Below are positions 23,097 to 34,799 of a stretch of DNA of 34,799 bases, one piece after another (the stretch's first letter is position 1; each line of letters opens with the position of its first letter). The stretch is from Welwitschia mirabilis. Taxonomy: Eukaryota. Where the stretch lies: assembly GCA_051453625.1 (NCBI GenBank), contig JBOZIK010000001.1, positions 15,003,593 to 15,038,391 of the forward strand, given 5' to 3'. Both the position numbers and the translations under genes were made by a program. The notes under the pieces were generated by a model. It did no database searches. It was not told the DNA's origin and saw nothing but the letters and a program-made list of their open reading frames with translations.

Positions 23097-23600
23097 TGTT
23101 AAGAACTGTGTTTAAAGTTTGATTGAAAACAACAACAATAACAAAATTAAAGAGAATGAAGATAAACAAATTTACATGACTTATCCAATGCAACCTACAT
23201 TCGTGGGAAATAAAAGAGCAATTAGTATTATTATGTAGAGGGAGTACAAACTAAGATCCTCACAACAACAAAACCATAGCTCTTAAAGAACAAAACAGGC
23301 ATGATCTCTTAATATCCAAGATAACATATATATAACCATACTAATAAAACAATCATCATTTTTTAATACTCAAGATAACATATATATAGTCATAATAATA
23401 AAATAGCCATCATTTCTTAATACTAGTGGAGGTTTATGGAGGACTATGGACCCTCTGTTAACTCCACTAAACCTCTGATAATAATTCACATGAGGTTGAA
23501 ATGGGTCATCTACACTTTTTACAAATCATCAAGTCCAATCCAAGAATTCAAGACAACATCAACACAAGATAATATACCCATTACAAAGTCCACCTGTGTT
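23097..23600 (-). repeat. 5' LTR of element 3; right boundary uncertain (23564 or 23607)
   Basis: TG terminus adjacent to the PBS. Candidate CA termini at ATCAACA (23564) and GTTAACA (23607). Internal ~54-bp tandem duplication at 23309-23424. Confidence 0.6.
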
Positions 23601-23699
23601 GTTAACAAGAATTATTACTAAATATCTCCATAAAATTTAAAAGGAATTTGAACTTCTCCTGCATAAAATTTAAAAGAAAAGAATATACATCAACTTCTC

Positions 23700-26600
23700 T
23701 CATTAATTTATATTACAAGTGATTTCCAAGTGAAGCATATGAAAAAAATCTAAAAAGCTAAACTTTAGCACTTCTTATAGAATCTTCTTGATATTCCTAC
23801 AAATTTTAAAAATGTAATAGGTTAAGGTATTCTTTTGAAAAATACCTAAAAGGACATTCATCCAAACTCTCATAAACAAATCTAGATGTAATTATACTTC
23901 TTGAATCTAGCCTTATTTCAACTCTATAAGTTTACATACATGATCCTATTCCTATGAAGCCATCTAGATGAATAGCAATTAGTAATAATAGAGGCTTAAC
24001 ACTAAATGTGCTTACTATCTCTTAAACAAAGGACATTTAAAAGAAATAATTCAAGAAGTTAAAGTAAATATTCATATTGAAAGGAATGGCCTTCTCTAGT
24101 TAGGAACTAATTTACTTATGATTTTATAGGATATTTTCCATTACCTCTTAAGGGCTTAGAGGATGTATTCATTGAATTTCTTAAAAGTGATAATGCATAC
24201 ATGTCTTAAATGAAGGGACACCCATCTGTGATTATAATTTCAAAGGGAGTATCATAAACTCATTTTCTTCTTGATTTGCTTAAGACATCTATGATTTTGA
24301 ATGCAAATCTTGATTGGAAAAAAAAATGTCTAAAGTAAAGAATAAGAATGCACTTGGAGTAGGATACTATAGAAGACTTACTTATTTCAAATTATTCTTA
24401 CACTCTAGAAATATCTTATGATGTTAACAACATTCAGAGAATTCTTAAACATTTGTCATTCTATGATGAATATGCAAGAGAGTAGTCTTCATTGTTTAAT
24501 TATGATGGGTATTTGATTAATTCTTCATCACTTACACCAACCATTGTGATGGTAAAATTAATGGATAGTTACCTTGTAGAAATTACATTAGATATGAACT
24601 TAAAGATTTTTAAATTTCAACCATTGACAATAGCTCTTTCAAATTATTCCAGACCATTGGATGATGGTTTTTCTATGCAATTGATATATATTTAAAGGCA
24701 TGTCCATGATTGGTCCATTCTAAGATAGAATAACTTTGTGGGCTCATGGATTTCTAGGTTGGTTTTAGAGCATTAGTACACATCATTGAGATAAAGCTTA
24801 ATAAAGCTTTACATGATCATTGTTCTAATTCGTTTGTGTGTGATTGCAACCCACTTAATAATCTTCTTTTCTTTACACATAATATTTTGTTAATGAGACA
24901 GGATGTTTCCGCATTTTAGATGATTAAAAAATAGCATATAAATATGAAACAAGTGGCTTAATCCTAGTTACTTATCTAGGTATTAGAAACCATTAGAAAT
25001 AATGATGTTTGCAAAATAGATGGGTTGTACATGGCATTTATACCAACTATTATTTGTGCTCTTTTAGAGGCAGTTTTGAAATATTTTCCTAGAATTAAAA
25101 AAACTTTCTACACATTCCATTGAAGGGACTATGGGATTCTCTCATCTTTATTCTTTATACACAAAAATATTTTTGGATGAATTTTTAATGTCTAAACCTT
25201 TTTTTGTCGTTGGATGTGTGGGGTGCTCCTTTAGCCTATGTTTCTATAAGTGGTAACCCTCTTCCTCATCTTGGCATTAAGGATACTCCCATTGAAACCT
25301 CACCTATACAATACATCTTACAAAAAAATACAATAGTACAAGAGGTAAATAATGCATCACTACTATGCTTCTAAAAATGTTTTATAAGTGCTAAAAGATA
25401 AAACTCCTATGAAAAGTGTGGACTAGCTACAAATGAAAGTGTATCTCTAGGATCAACCATCATGTTGTTGCTATGATCTTAAAGCTTTAAGAGGGCTAAC
25501 CTATTTCACAATATACACATTGTATTTTCAGTTAATTGAATGATAAGATATATATTTGGTGTTTGTATAATTTCAAAATTATCTACATGTCAGTAATAGA
25601 TGATGATTGAATTGTAAGTTATCCATCCTTAAGGAAAGATATGAGTAGAATAACTTTGCTATTTTGACTTTTTAAATTTATAATACCACTTGAAAGTGCA
25701 TAGAAAAGGCATCATAGGTAGTCAAAAACATCTTTTATGTAAATAATTATGCAATATTTTAGCATGACATTTTTTTTATAAGAGTGTTAAATTGCAAGGG
25801 GAATTTTGGGAAATAGAATAGTTAGAATAGAGCATCAATGTAATTCTAACACACACTCTAATCACTTTTAGGTATAGTAATCTCATTTTATAAAGTTCTT
25901 GGAAGTACTTCTTAAAGTAAGTTCATCAAAACTCACTGGAGAAGTTAATTATAAAAATGCTAATTGGTTAAAAAAATATGAGTTTGGTATTTGCTTAATG
26001 GTAGAAGAACCTGATAACATTGAAGACAGAACCACTTATAGATGGTAACTTGGAAATTTAATAAATAGCTTGTTTCCATCACCAATAGAAAAAAAGAAAT
26101 ATACCAAAGTGACACTTCTCTATATGCCATGGAAAATAAAAGTTGTAAAGAAATTCACTGTACATAGCGTAAGCTCAAATCTACTTGTAATTTCAAGATA
26201 TTTAAGTATTTGTATGCAATTTTACCAATGATGCATAATGTTCATCTCCCTTTATAATGAGGTCATTGTGTACTTCGTATTTAGCAATGATTCCATTCTT
26301 TACTAGATTTATAAGACCTACATTTTTTTATTATTATAAGACAATGTGCAATAATAAGAAAGGATCTATTTATCATTATACTACCTAGAGATTGTTGAAT
26401 TCTTTGCTTAGATTTTACATCTAATGCACTTGTAGCTCTATCTAGTAGTAATATTTTTTACTCTTTCACTATTACCCTTGCAATTGCTATTTACTGCTTT
26501 TAGCCTCCTAAAGTTGGATTCCACATTCATCCATATTTATATTATGAAACTCTAAATAAACATTGAAGAGTGCTATACTAATGAGGATTTTTAAAGATGT

Positions 26601-27706
26601 CACCAACCATGAGCTATACATAAGTAACATAATAAAATTAAAATTAATAATGGAAAATAGAAGGTTAGAGGTTGAATAAAAGCCTATTCATCTTGACCTC
26701 TAATTTAGACATGAGGATCTATTAACAAATGTCATTAATATGCAAGGTTTTTCAATAACTGATAGTCTATTAGCATATTAGCTTACTCTGATCCATGATT
26801 TCTAATGAATGGTTTATAGCCTAAGAAACTATAGTTCAAAAGATAGCATTATCCTTGCTTAATATGATAAGAAAAATTTAGCAAATTGAAGCAACAACTC
26901 TTATGACACAATGTATATCAACATGAGATCATGGTTTAGTCAAAAGCATGTTTCACCTTTAACTTACATAGCAGAGTTTATTGGATTCTCTTTTCCACTC
27001 TTTATTGCTCTTGTTCCAGAAATTTCATGTTAATATAGACTATTAGTAAGACCAAAATCCTTGAAATTTGAAACTTGTAATGGTTTAAATAACAAAAGTG
27101 GAAGCACTTAACAAAGAACCTTTAGTGTAAGATAAAGTATTTCAAATACTAGGTAAATGTTCCTCCTCTTTTACTACTTATTCCATGTAAAAAACAACCT
27201 ATTTAGAGTTTAGACAATAAAAGTAAGAAATTTTAACAATAAAAATGACATGAAAAAGATGAGAAAAACCATGCAAAAACTTGATATGCAACATTGATAT
27301 CTTCAAAGCAATTTTTTGAGTAAACATGTAATCTTTGGTAGGAAGCAGACATGAATGATTTCACGTAGGATTTTATTCTTTAAATTATTTTAAATTATAT
27401 GAAATAACTTAGCTTAAATAAAAATATTTTAATAAGTATAAGAGATCAAGGCCTTTTTTTTCCCTAAATGCCTTAAAAACTTGGAATATTTAAGGCATTT
27501 ATTATATAACATGCCTTGTTATTAAGGCATTCTTTTTATAAATACCTTAAAAATGATTTAAGAAGTGCCTTTAAGGTGTTTGTTTAAAAAAATGTCTTAA
27601 ACAGATTTTTAATAGCTTTCTTTAAGGTGTTTATTAAAATAAATACCTTAAAAAGCTCTATCCTTAAGACAAATAAACACCTTAAAAACCTATATTTCTA
27701 GTAGTG
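23700..27706. mobile_element. Highly decayed CACTA (En/Spm) DNA transposon relic; left boundary unknown
   Basis: Clear terminus at 27706. The interior shows only faint TNP2-like fragments on the plus strand (for example SNYSRPLDDGF and KVKNKNA), so the internal assignment is weak. Confidence 0.45.
27445..27706. repeat. CACTA terminal inverted repeat and subterminal repeat array
   Basis: Ends TTTCTAGTAGTG (reverse complement CACTACTAGAAA). Preceded by about a dozen AAATGCCTTAAA/TTTAAGGCATTT-like motifs in both orientations. Confidence 0.85.
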
Positions 27707-28499
27707 AAATTTTTACTTCTAGAGTTATTAGTGTGTTAAGAAGAAATATGAGTAATGTATTATGATCATACTATAATGAATTTNNNNNNNNNNNNNNNNN
27801 NNNNNNNNNNNNNNNNNNNNNNNNNNNNNNNNNNNNNNNNNNNNNNNNNNNNNNNNNNNNNNNNNNNNNNNNNNNNNNNNNNNNNNNNNNNNNNNNNNNN
27901 NNNNNNNNNNNNNNNNNNNNNNNNNNNNNNNNNNNNNNNNNNNNNNNNNNNNNNNNNNNNNNNNNNNNNNNNNNNNNNNNNNNNNNNNNNNNNNNNNNNN
28001 NNNNNNNNNNNNNNNNNNNNNNNNNNNNNNNNNNNNNNNNNNNNNNNNNNNNNNNNNNNNNNNNNNNNNNNNNNNNNNNNNNNNNNNNNNNNNNNNNNNN
28101 NNNNNNNNNNNNNNNNNNNNNNNNNNNNNNNNNNNNNNNNNNNNNNNNNNNNNNNNNNNNNNNNNNNNNNNNNNNNNNNNNNNNNNNNNNNNNNNNNNNN
28201 NNNNNNNNNNNNNNNNNNNNNNNNNNNNNNNNNNNNNNNNNNNNNNNNNNNNNNNNNNNNNNNNNNAGAAATATGAGTAATGTATTATGATCATACTAGA
28301 ATGAATTTTATAAAATACATAGAAAGAAAAGATATAATTCCATATTTCTTTATTTTCAGTTTAATCATGTTTTACAATACTTTGGTTAGAGGAGAAAGTT
28401 ACATTTATTGTAAATCTATGTAAACCTTTGTTTTTTCTATTTTGTTACTAAATTGAAGATAGATTTAGGTTCTATATTATGTATGGATATTATCTCTCT

Positions 28500-30760
28500 A
28501 TTTTCCAAAGGTTAGAGCTTTAGTCACCCTTGTCTCATCAGTTTCATCATTAGCAGTGCTAAAATTTTTTTCCTCAAGTTAATATTTTCACCAAAATAAG
28601 TCAGTAGAGTTAAGTAAAAAATGAAAAGTACCAATTCCACTAGGTGAGGACACAAGTAAAATGCCTTCATAGTTTTAGTGATCTTATTCAATTATTACTC
28701 CTAGCTCTTCATCTATCAAAAATGGATTAAAGGCAATAGCTAAAATAGTTAGTAAAATTGATAAAAACGTATTGAGGCTAAAGAAACATAATTCTATAGC
28801 AAGTAAGAATGAAGCACCGATAGAGAGTTCAAAATTCATGATAACTTTCACATTGTCAGATTTTGAGAAGAAATTAGAAGAAGAAAAAGCAACACCTATA
28901 CCTTCACAGACATAGGATATTATTATGGTATAGTAGTTGATAGTGATTCTATAAAGGAGTCATTTATAGATGAGGCATGGGCTCAAGGGGAGTACTAGGC
29001 TTCCATAAAGGCACAGGTATAGGTGGAGCAATAGGCTCTAAGATAGTTGAGTGTTACATATCAGCCTAAGTCTTCGATTATGTCCTTGCACTAATAGAGG
29101 TAGAATCAGTAGGAGATAGAGTTTAAGAGCTCAAATGTATAGCCTCTTATCTTCTACTTTTCACATCACAAGATTCTAGTTTGTCATTCTACCTAGTAAT
29201 CATTATCTTCTAGACCCTCTTTACCATCACACCCATCTTTTCCACTTCCATTGCATATATTATCATCAATACCATCTTACATTAAGCCCACTCAGGTGCC
29301 ACCCATTTTCACCATGCAATTACCACCATCCTTCATAGAGGCAGCCATATGAAATTTCTTTTTAATTTTCATCACTCTTCAAATGTATTAACATATGAGG
29401 AGATAGGTCTATGAGGGCTTAGATGAGACATCTCAATATTATTATAGAAAGTTAAATACTCCCCACTCACTTCCTCCTCATCTTAGACCCAATAAACCTC
29501 CACTACTTATGATAGCAATAATAGTGATGAAGAATATCAAGGCATACATTACACAAGTGACTCTACTCTCAATGATTAGATCCTTTTCTATACCATCCAA
29601 AAAGAGGAAGATAATTTAATTAATTAGTGGTAGATCAGTTGTGTTTAGTTAAAGACATTAGCTTTTAGCTTGAGGACATCCTGTTGGATATATAGCACTT
29701 GTCTTTGGATGTTGAATTGGGTTCCTTACTGTTATCATTGTTCATTAATGATGAATTATATTATTTGACATACATTATTATTATTTGTTACTTGTTATCA
29801 TACTTTTGCTATTAAAACATGCTCATGCCTTAATATTATGTTTTTATGGGCATGTTTTCATGATCTTCATATTATATAGCATAATTTTATTATGACATGT
29901 TTTGATTTTAATTAGCACATTACCATGAGCATATTTTTTCAGGATGTATTATTGGCACACAAGTTAAATATCATGCTTTTAGCTTATTTTTAGAATATTA
30001 CTATTAGTATATCTTATTTAATTAATTATCAATATTCTTGAATGCAATTATAAAATTTTTTTATGCCTTTCTTCTCTATAGCCTACATTCTTATTTAAAT
30101 GATTGATGTTATGATTTATCAAATGTTTATATGCCTTTATTTGTTATTCTAGTGGTTAATATCTCCTTTCTTTAATATCATTGCAAAAATTTAATTATGT
30201 GCATTTCTCTAGAATATGAGTATAATTTTTATTGATTAAATNNNNNNNNNNNNNNNNNNNNNNNNNNNNNNNNNNNNNNNNNNNNNNNNNNNNNNNNNNN
30301 NNNNNNNNNNNNNNNNNNNNNNNNNNNNNNNNNNNNNNNNNNNNNNNNNNNNNNNNNNNNNNNNNNNNNNNNNNNNNNNNNNNNNNNNNNNNNNNNNNNN
30401 NNNNNNNNNNNNNNNNNNNNNNNNNNNAAAAAGATTTAGTTGTTAACATTCATAATTGGTTATTTAAAAACATCTATAGAATGGAAGACATTTATGGTAA
30501 AGAAGCCTAGACTATTAAAGACATCTCTAGTGAATACATCTATAGATTAAAGACATCTCTATGTATCATCTTTTAGGTCACAAGTTAAATATAACTATCT
30601 CATCAAAAACAACTATCTAAAAGTTGGACCTAATATAGCTAAAGATGTCTACATATTTGAATACATTTATACTAAGATAAAATAGATAATAGAGTTAGTT
30701 TGCATTTTAAATAATATTTTATGTTTTAAATGAGGCATTAATGTTTACATCATGAATTCA
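28500..30760 (+). mobile_element. Probable 3' fragment of another SIRE-type element (decayed Pro-rich ORF, PPT-like motif, partial LTR)
   Basis: Pro/Ser-rich translatable stretch at 29200-29350. CCAAAAAGAGGAAGAT at ~29597-29612 resembles CAAAAAGGGGGAGAT. Repeated AAAGACATCT motifs at 30485-30650. Confidence 0.4.
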
Positions 30761-30769
30761 TGATCACAG

Positions 30770-31517
30770 TGTTGGAAGTAAAGCCAAATCTCTTGATCTT
30801 ATTTATTTCTTTATAGTGTGACTTTATATATTTCTATATAGTCACTTTTCCTGTTGTAATTTATTATTAAAAAGAATAAGGGAATTCTAATGGGATTANN
30901 NNNNNNNNNNNNNNNNNNNNNNNNNNNNNNNNNNNNNNNNNNNNNNNNNNNNNNNNNNNNNNNNNNNNNNNNNNTTCCATAAAGTATAGGAGTCAAGAGT
31001 TTTTAGATTGGCTATTAAGGATGGCTTATGTCCTTGCCCTTTTCTTCATTCTAATAGAAATCTCTACATTGCTTCTGTGGTTTTTCCCTGCATTGGGATT
31101 TTACACATAAATCTCGTGTGTTGATATTTGCATTTTACTTTTGCTCTACTGCATTTTTCTATCAACTAGTATCAGAGCAAAGTTCAAATTACTTTTTGTT
31201 CAAATATCTTTTAAAGGCCCTTCATAGAGTGAGTGAATAGCCTATNNNNNNNNNNNNNNNNNNNNNNNNNNNNNNNNNNNNNNNNNNNNNNNNNNNNNNN
31301 NNNNNNNNNNNNNNNNNNNNNNNNNNNNNNNNNNNNNNNNNNNNNTCAAGAGTTTTAAGATTGGCTATTAAGGATGGCTTATGTCCTTGCCCTTTTCTTC
31401 ATTCTAATAGAAAGCTCTACATTGCTTCTGTGGTTTTTCCCCGCATTGGGATTTTTCACATAAATCTGGTGTGTTGATATTTGCATTTTGCTTTTTCTCT
31501 GCTGCATTTTTCTATCA
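30770..31517 (+). repeat. 5' LTR of element 4; its 3' part is present twice across a gap
   Basis: U5-like GTGGTTTTTCCC...GGGATTTTTCAC...TCTATCA ends immediately before the PBS, at 31164 and again at 31517. Confidence 0.65.
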
Positions 31518-31519
31518 AC

Positions 31520-31531
31520 TGGTATCAGAGC
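31520..31531 (+). promoter_or_regulatory. tRNA-Met(i) PBS of element 4
   Basis: Exact TGGTATCAGAGC. The duplicate copy at 31167-31178 reads TAGTATCAGAGC. Confidence 0.95.
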
Positions 31532-31869
31532 AAGGTTTAAATTACTTTTTATTTGAATATCTTTTAAAGGCCCTTCATAGAGTGATCGAATAGCCTATGG
31601 AATAGAGGAAGTGGAACGAGCAAAGTACCTATTCTTTTCATTTTGATAATGGAAAGGTTGCAAATAANNNNNNNNNNNNNNNNNNNNNNNNNNNNNNNNN
31701 NNNNNNNNNNNNNNNNNNNNNNNNNNNNNNNNNNNNNNNNNNNNNNNNNNNNNNNNNNNNNNNNNNNTGTTCAAATATCTTTTAAAGGCCCTTCATAGAG
31801 TGAGTGAATAGCCTATGGAATAGAGGAAGTGGAGAAAGTAAAGTACCTATTCTTTTCATTTTGATAATG

Positions 31870-34799
31870 GAGAGGTTGCAAATAACAGATAATCTCATTG
31901 GATGAAACTAGAATTTTTGGTCTATTCTGATAAGGGCTATTTTGGAACAAAAGGATTATGTAGAATCCCTCGAGTCAACAAAACCTACTTTTATGCAAGA
32001 TGATGATTAAATAAGAATGAAGTCTAAGGCTCTNNNNNNNNNNNNNNNNNNNNNNNNNNNNNNNNNNNNNNNNNNNNNNNNNNNNNNNNNNNNNNNNNNN
32101 NNNNNNNNNNNNNNNNNNNNNNNNNNNNNNNNNGAACGAGCAAAGTACCTATTCTTTTCATTTTGATAATGGAAAGGTTGCAACTAACAGATAATCTCGT
32201 TGGATGAAACTAAAATTTTTGGTCTATTCTGATAAGGGCTATTTTGGAACAAAAGGATTATGTAGAAGCCCTCGAGTCAACAAAACCTACTTTCATGCAA
32301 GATGATGATTAAATAAGAATGAAGTCTAAGGCTCTGTCCTACATATATCCATGTCTAAGTAATGGNNNNNNNNNNNNNNNNNNNNNNNNNNNNNNNNNNN
32401 NNNNNNNNNNNNNNNNNNNNNNNNNNNNNNNNNNNNNNNNNNNNNNNNNNNNNNNNNNNNNNNNNNNNNNNNNNNNNNNNNNNNNNNNNNNNNNNNNNNN
32501 NNNNNNNNNNNNNNNNNNNNNNNNNNNNNNNNNNNNNNNNNNNNNNNNNNNNNNNNNNNNNNNNNNNNNNNNNNNNNNNNNNNNNNNNNNNNNNNNNNNN
32601 NNNNNNNNNNNNNNNNNNNNNNNNCTGCAGTAGTGACTTCAATCACTACTTCCATGAAGATGACTTCTATGACCTTTGAATAGGGTGTTTCGACACTTCA
32701 AGGTTCTGAGGGCAGGTTTAATAATGCATCAACATCTAAAGGTGTCTTTGTGGCTGAAAACAGAGGCAAAAACCAAAGACATGATCAAAGTAGGGGGAGA
32801 TATAAGAGCAAAGGCATGTCTCATACCAGAAGTATAGAATGCTATTTTTATAAAAAACAAAGGGCCACAGACAAAAGGACTGCTATTCATGGAAAGTCAA
32901 ATAAAGGGAAAAGACCAAAGGGGAAAAAGCAAAAGAGTCCTCTTCTTAGTTAAATCAAGCTGAAGAAGATGTACATTTTCTTGTATCTGAACCTTGTGCC
33001 TTCCTAACAGAGGAACATGATAAGGATGTGTGATTGATTGATACAAGTACCTCCTTTTATATTTATCCTGATCATTATGTCTTTACATCATATTGTGCTA
33101 TTTCATCTAGTTTTATTTANNNNNNNNNNNNNNNNNNNNNNNNNNNNNNNNNNNNNNNNNNNNNNNNNNNNNNNNNNNNNNNNNNNNNNNNNNNNNNNNN
33201 NNNNNNNNNNNNNNNNNNNNNNNNNNNNNNNNNNNNNNNNNNNNNNNNNNNNNNNNNNNNNNNNNNNNNNNNNNNNNNNNNNNNNNNNNNNNNNNNNNNN
33301 NNNNNNNNNNNNNNNNNNNNNNNNNNNNNNNNNNNNNNNNNNNNNNNNNNNNNNNNNNNNNNNNNNNNNNNNNNNNNNNNNNNNNNNNNNNNNNNNNNNN
33401 NNNNNNNNNNNNNNNNNNNNNNNNNNNNNNNNNNNNNNNNNNNNNNNNNNNNNNNNNNNNNNNNNNNNNNNNNNNNNNNNNNNNNNNNNNNNNNNNNNNN
33501 NNNNNNNNNNNNNNNNNNNNNNNNNNNNNNNNNNNNNNNNNNNNNNNNNNNNNNNNNNNNNNNNNNNNNNNNNNNNNNNNNNNNNNNNNNNNNNNNNNNN
33601 NNNNNNNNNNNNNNNNNNNNNNNNNNNNNNNNNNNNNNNNNNNNNNNNNNNNNNNNNNNNNNNNNNNNNNNNNNNNNNNNNNNNNNNNNNNNNNNNNNNN
33701 NNNNNNNNNNNNNNNNNNNNNNNNNNNNNNNNNNNNNNNNNNNNNNNNNNNNNNNNNNNNNNNNNNNNNNNNNNNNNNNNNNNNNNNNNNNNNNNNNNNN
33801 NNNNNNNNNNNNNNNNNNNNNNNNNNNNNNNNNNNNNNNNNNNNNNNNNNNNNNNNNNNNNNNNNNNNNNNNNNNNNNNNNNNNNNNNNNNNNNNNNNNN
33901 NNNNNNNNNNNNNNNNNNNNNNNNNNNNNNNNNNNNNNNNNNNNNNNNNNNNNNNNNNNNNNNNNNNNNAATCTTTTTGGATAGAAGCAGTGGTGACAAC
34001 TACTTATTTTGCTGAATAAATCACCTCATTCCTTTCTTAGTCATGTTCTAAAACTCTTATGGAAAGGTAAAAATGTTTTCTATCAGCATTTAAGAGTTTT
34101 TTAGGTGTGAAGCTTATATGCATATCCAAAAGGAAAACAGAACTAAACTATAGGAAAGGGCTAAATGATGCATATTTTTTGGCTATGGAGAGGATGCCCT
34201 AGGCTGTAAACTATGGAATCCTGAGACTAACTAGATTAGGAGGTTATGAGATGTTAAGTTTAAAGAACATGTAATGTTTTACAGTTTACAGGATAAGAGC
34301 CAAGTAGGAAGTAATCCTATCTTCCCGCATCAGTCTTATAAGTTAAAGGATGAATTAAATGAAGAGTAAGAGGAGGAGTAAGAAGAGGAGTCTCTTAAAT
34401 CTAGAATTTTAAATAATAATGAAATTTCTTCAGATGAAGAATAGGTAGAGGAGGAACAACCTATGGATACATTTCATTGGATAAGGAGATCTATCAAAAT
34501 TTTTCATCCACCTAGTCGGTATTCTCCTTTATTGAATTATGTTCTTTATAATGATTATGAAGAGCTAGAAATAGTTAGAGAAGCTCACTCTTATGCTAAT
34601 GCTATCAAGTGGAAGGCAGTCATAGAGGATGAGTGGAAATCCTTAAAACAAAATAATACATAAGATTTAGTGGAATTACCTAAGGGACATAAATCGCTAC
34701 ATAGTAGGTGGATTTTCAAGTTTAAGAATGAAGCAATGAAGAAAAGCATTACAAGACTAAGCTAGTAATAAAAGGTTTTGCTCAAAAGCCAAGTATGAA
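31870..34799 (+). pseudogene. gag-pol: gag-pol of element 4 (stops, frameshifts, gaps)
   Basis: FWSILIRAILEQKDYVEALESTKPTFMQDDD*IRMKSKALSYI, ECYFYKKQGHRQKDC (frameshifted), *LIDTSTSFYI, FWIEAVVT, CEAYMHI.KENRTKL...CIFFGYGEDALGCKLWNP and WKAVIEDEWKSLKQNNT*DLVELPKG...WIFKFK...KLVIKGFAQK. Confidence 0.9.

Larger units (their letters stand above)
18995..23600 (-). mobile_element. Degenerate Tnt1/Tork-type copia element 3; 3' end missing
   Basis: 5' LTR and PBS, Tnt1-like gag, protease [13 protein letters not shown], integrase, partial RT and partial RNase H in copia order. Confidence 0.88.
30770..34799 (+). mobile_element. Degenerate Tnt1/Tork-type copia element 4, continuing past the right edge
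   Basis: LTR end followed by a perfect PBS, then gag, knuckle, protease, integrase C-terminus and RT N-terminus in order. The start at TGTTGGAAG (30770) is inferred. Confidence 0.88.

Noticed and set aside
25358..25367. CACTACTATG as the partner CACTA TIR
   Set aside because: It matches only the first 8 bases of the TIR, has no subterminal repeats and is not preceded by AAA.
1693..34015. Long ORFs in the track made mostly of X
   Set aside because: They are open only because N-runs contain no stop codons. They are not evidence of genes.

Overview
This window is AT-rich, strongly CpG-depleted plant nuclear DNA from a gapped scaffold. It is essentially a stack of nested, decayed transposons. 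I found no intact host gene, RNA gene or CRISPR array, and nothing that supports a new biological system. From left to right: (1) a near-complete minus-strand Sirevirus-type (SIRE) Ty1/copia element (~1-11255) with both LTRs, two PPT-like tracts, degenerate gag-pol and an extra env-like ORF, carrying a solo LTR at 2933-3949; (2) unassigned DNA with microsatellites (11256-14400); (3) a 3'-truncated second SIRE-type element (minus strand, ~14790-18994) that abuts, and probably inserted into, the RNase H of (4) a Tnt1/Tork-type copia element (minus strand, ~18995-23600), which has an in-frame RT-RNase H deletion and a second solo LTR of the same family at 20403-21467 with a perfect CTTCT target-site duplication (TSD); (5) a CACTA transposon relic ending at 27706; (6) a probable SIRE 3' fragment (~28500-30760); and (7) a plus-strand Tnt1/Tork-type copia element from ~30770 that runs off the window end. 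Several gap-flanking duplications look like assembly or haplotype artefacts. Percent identities are visual estimates, and lineage calls rest on recalled motifs, not database searches.
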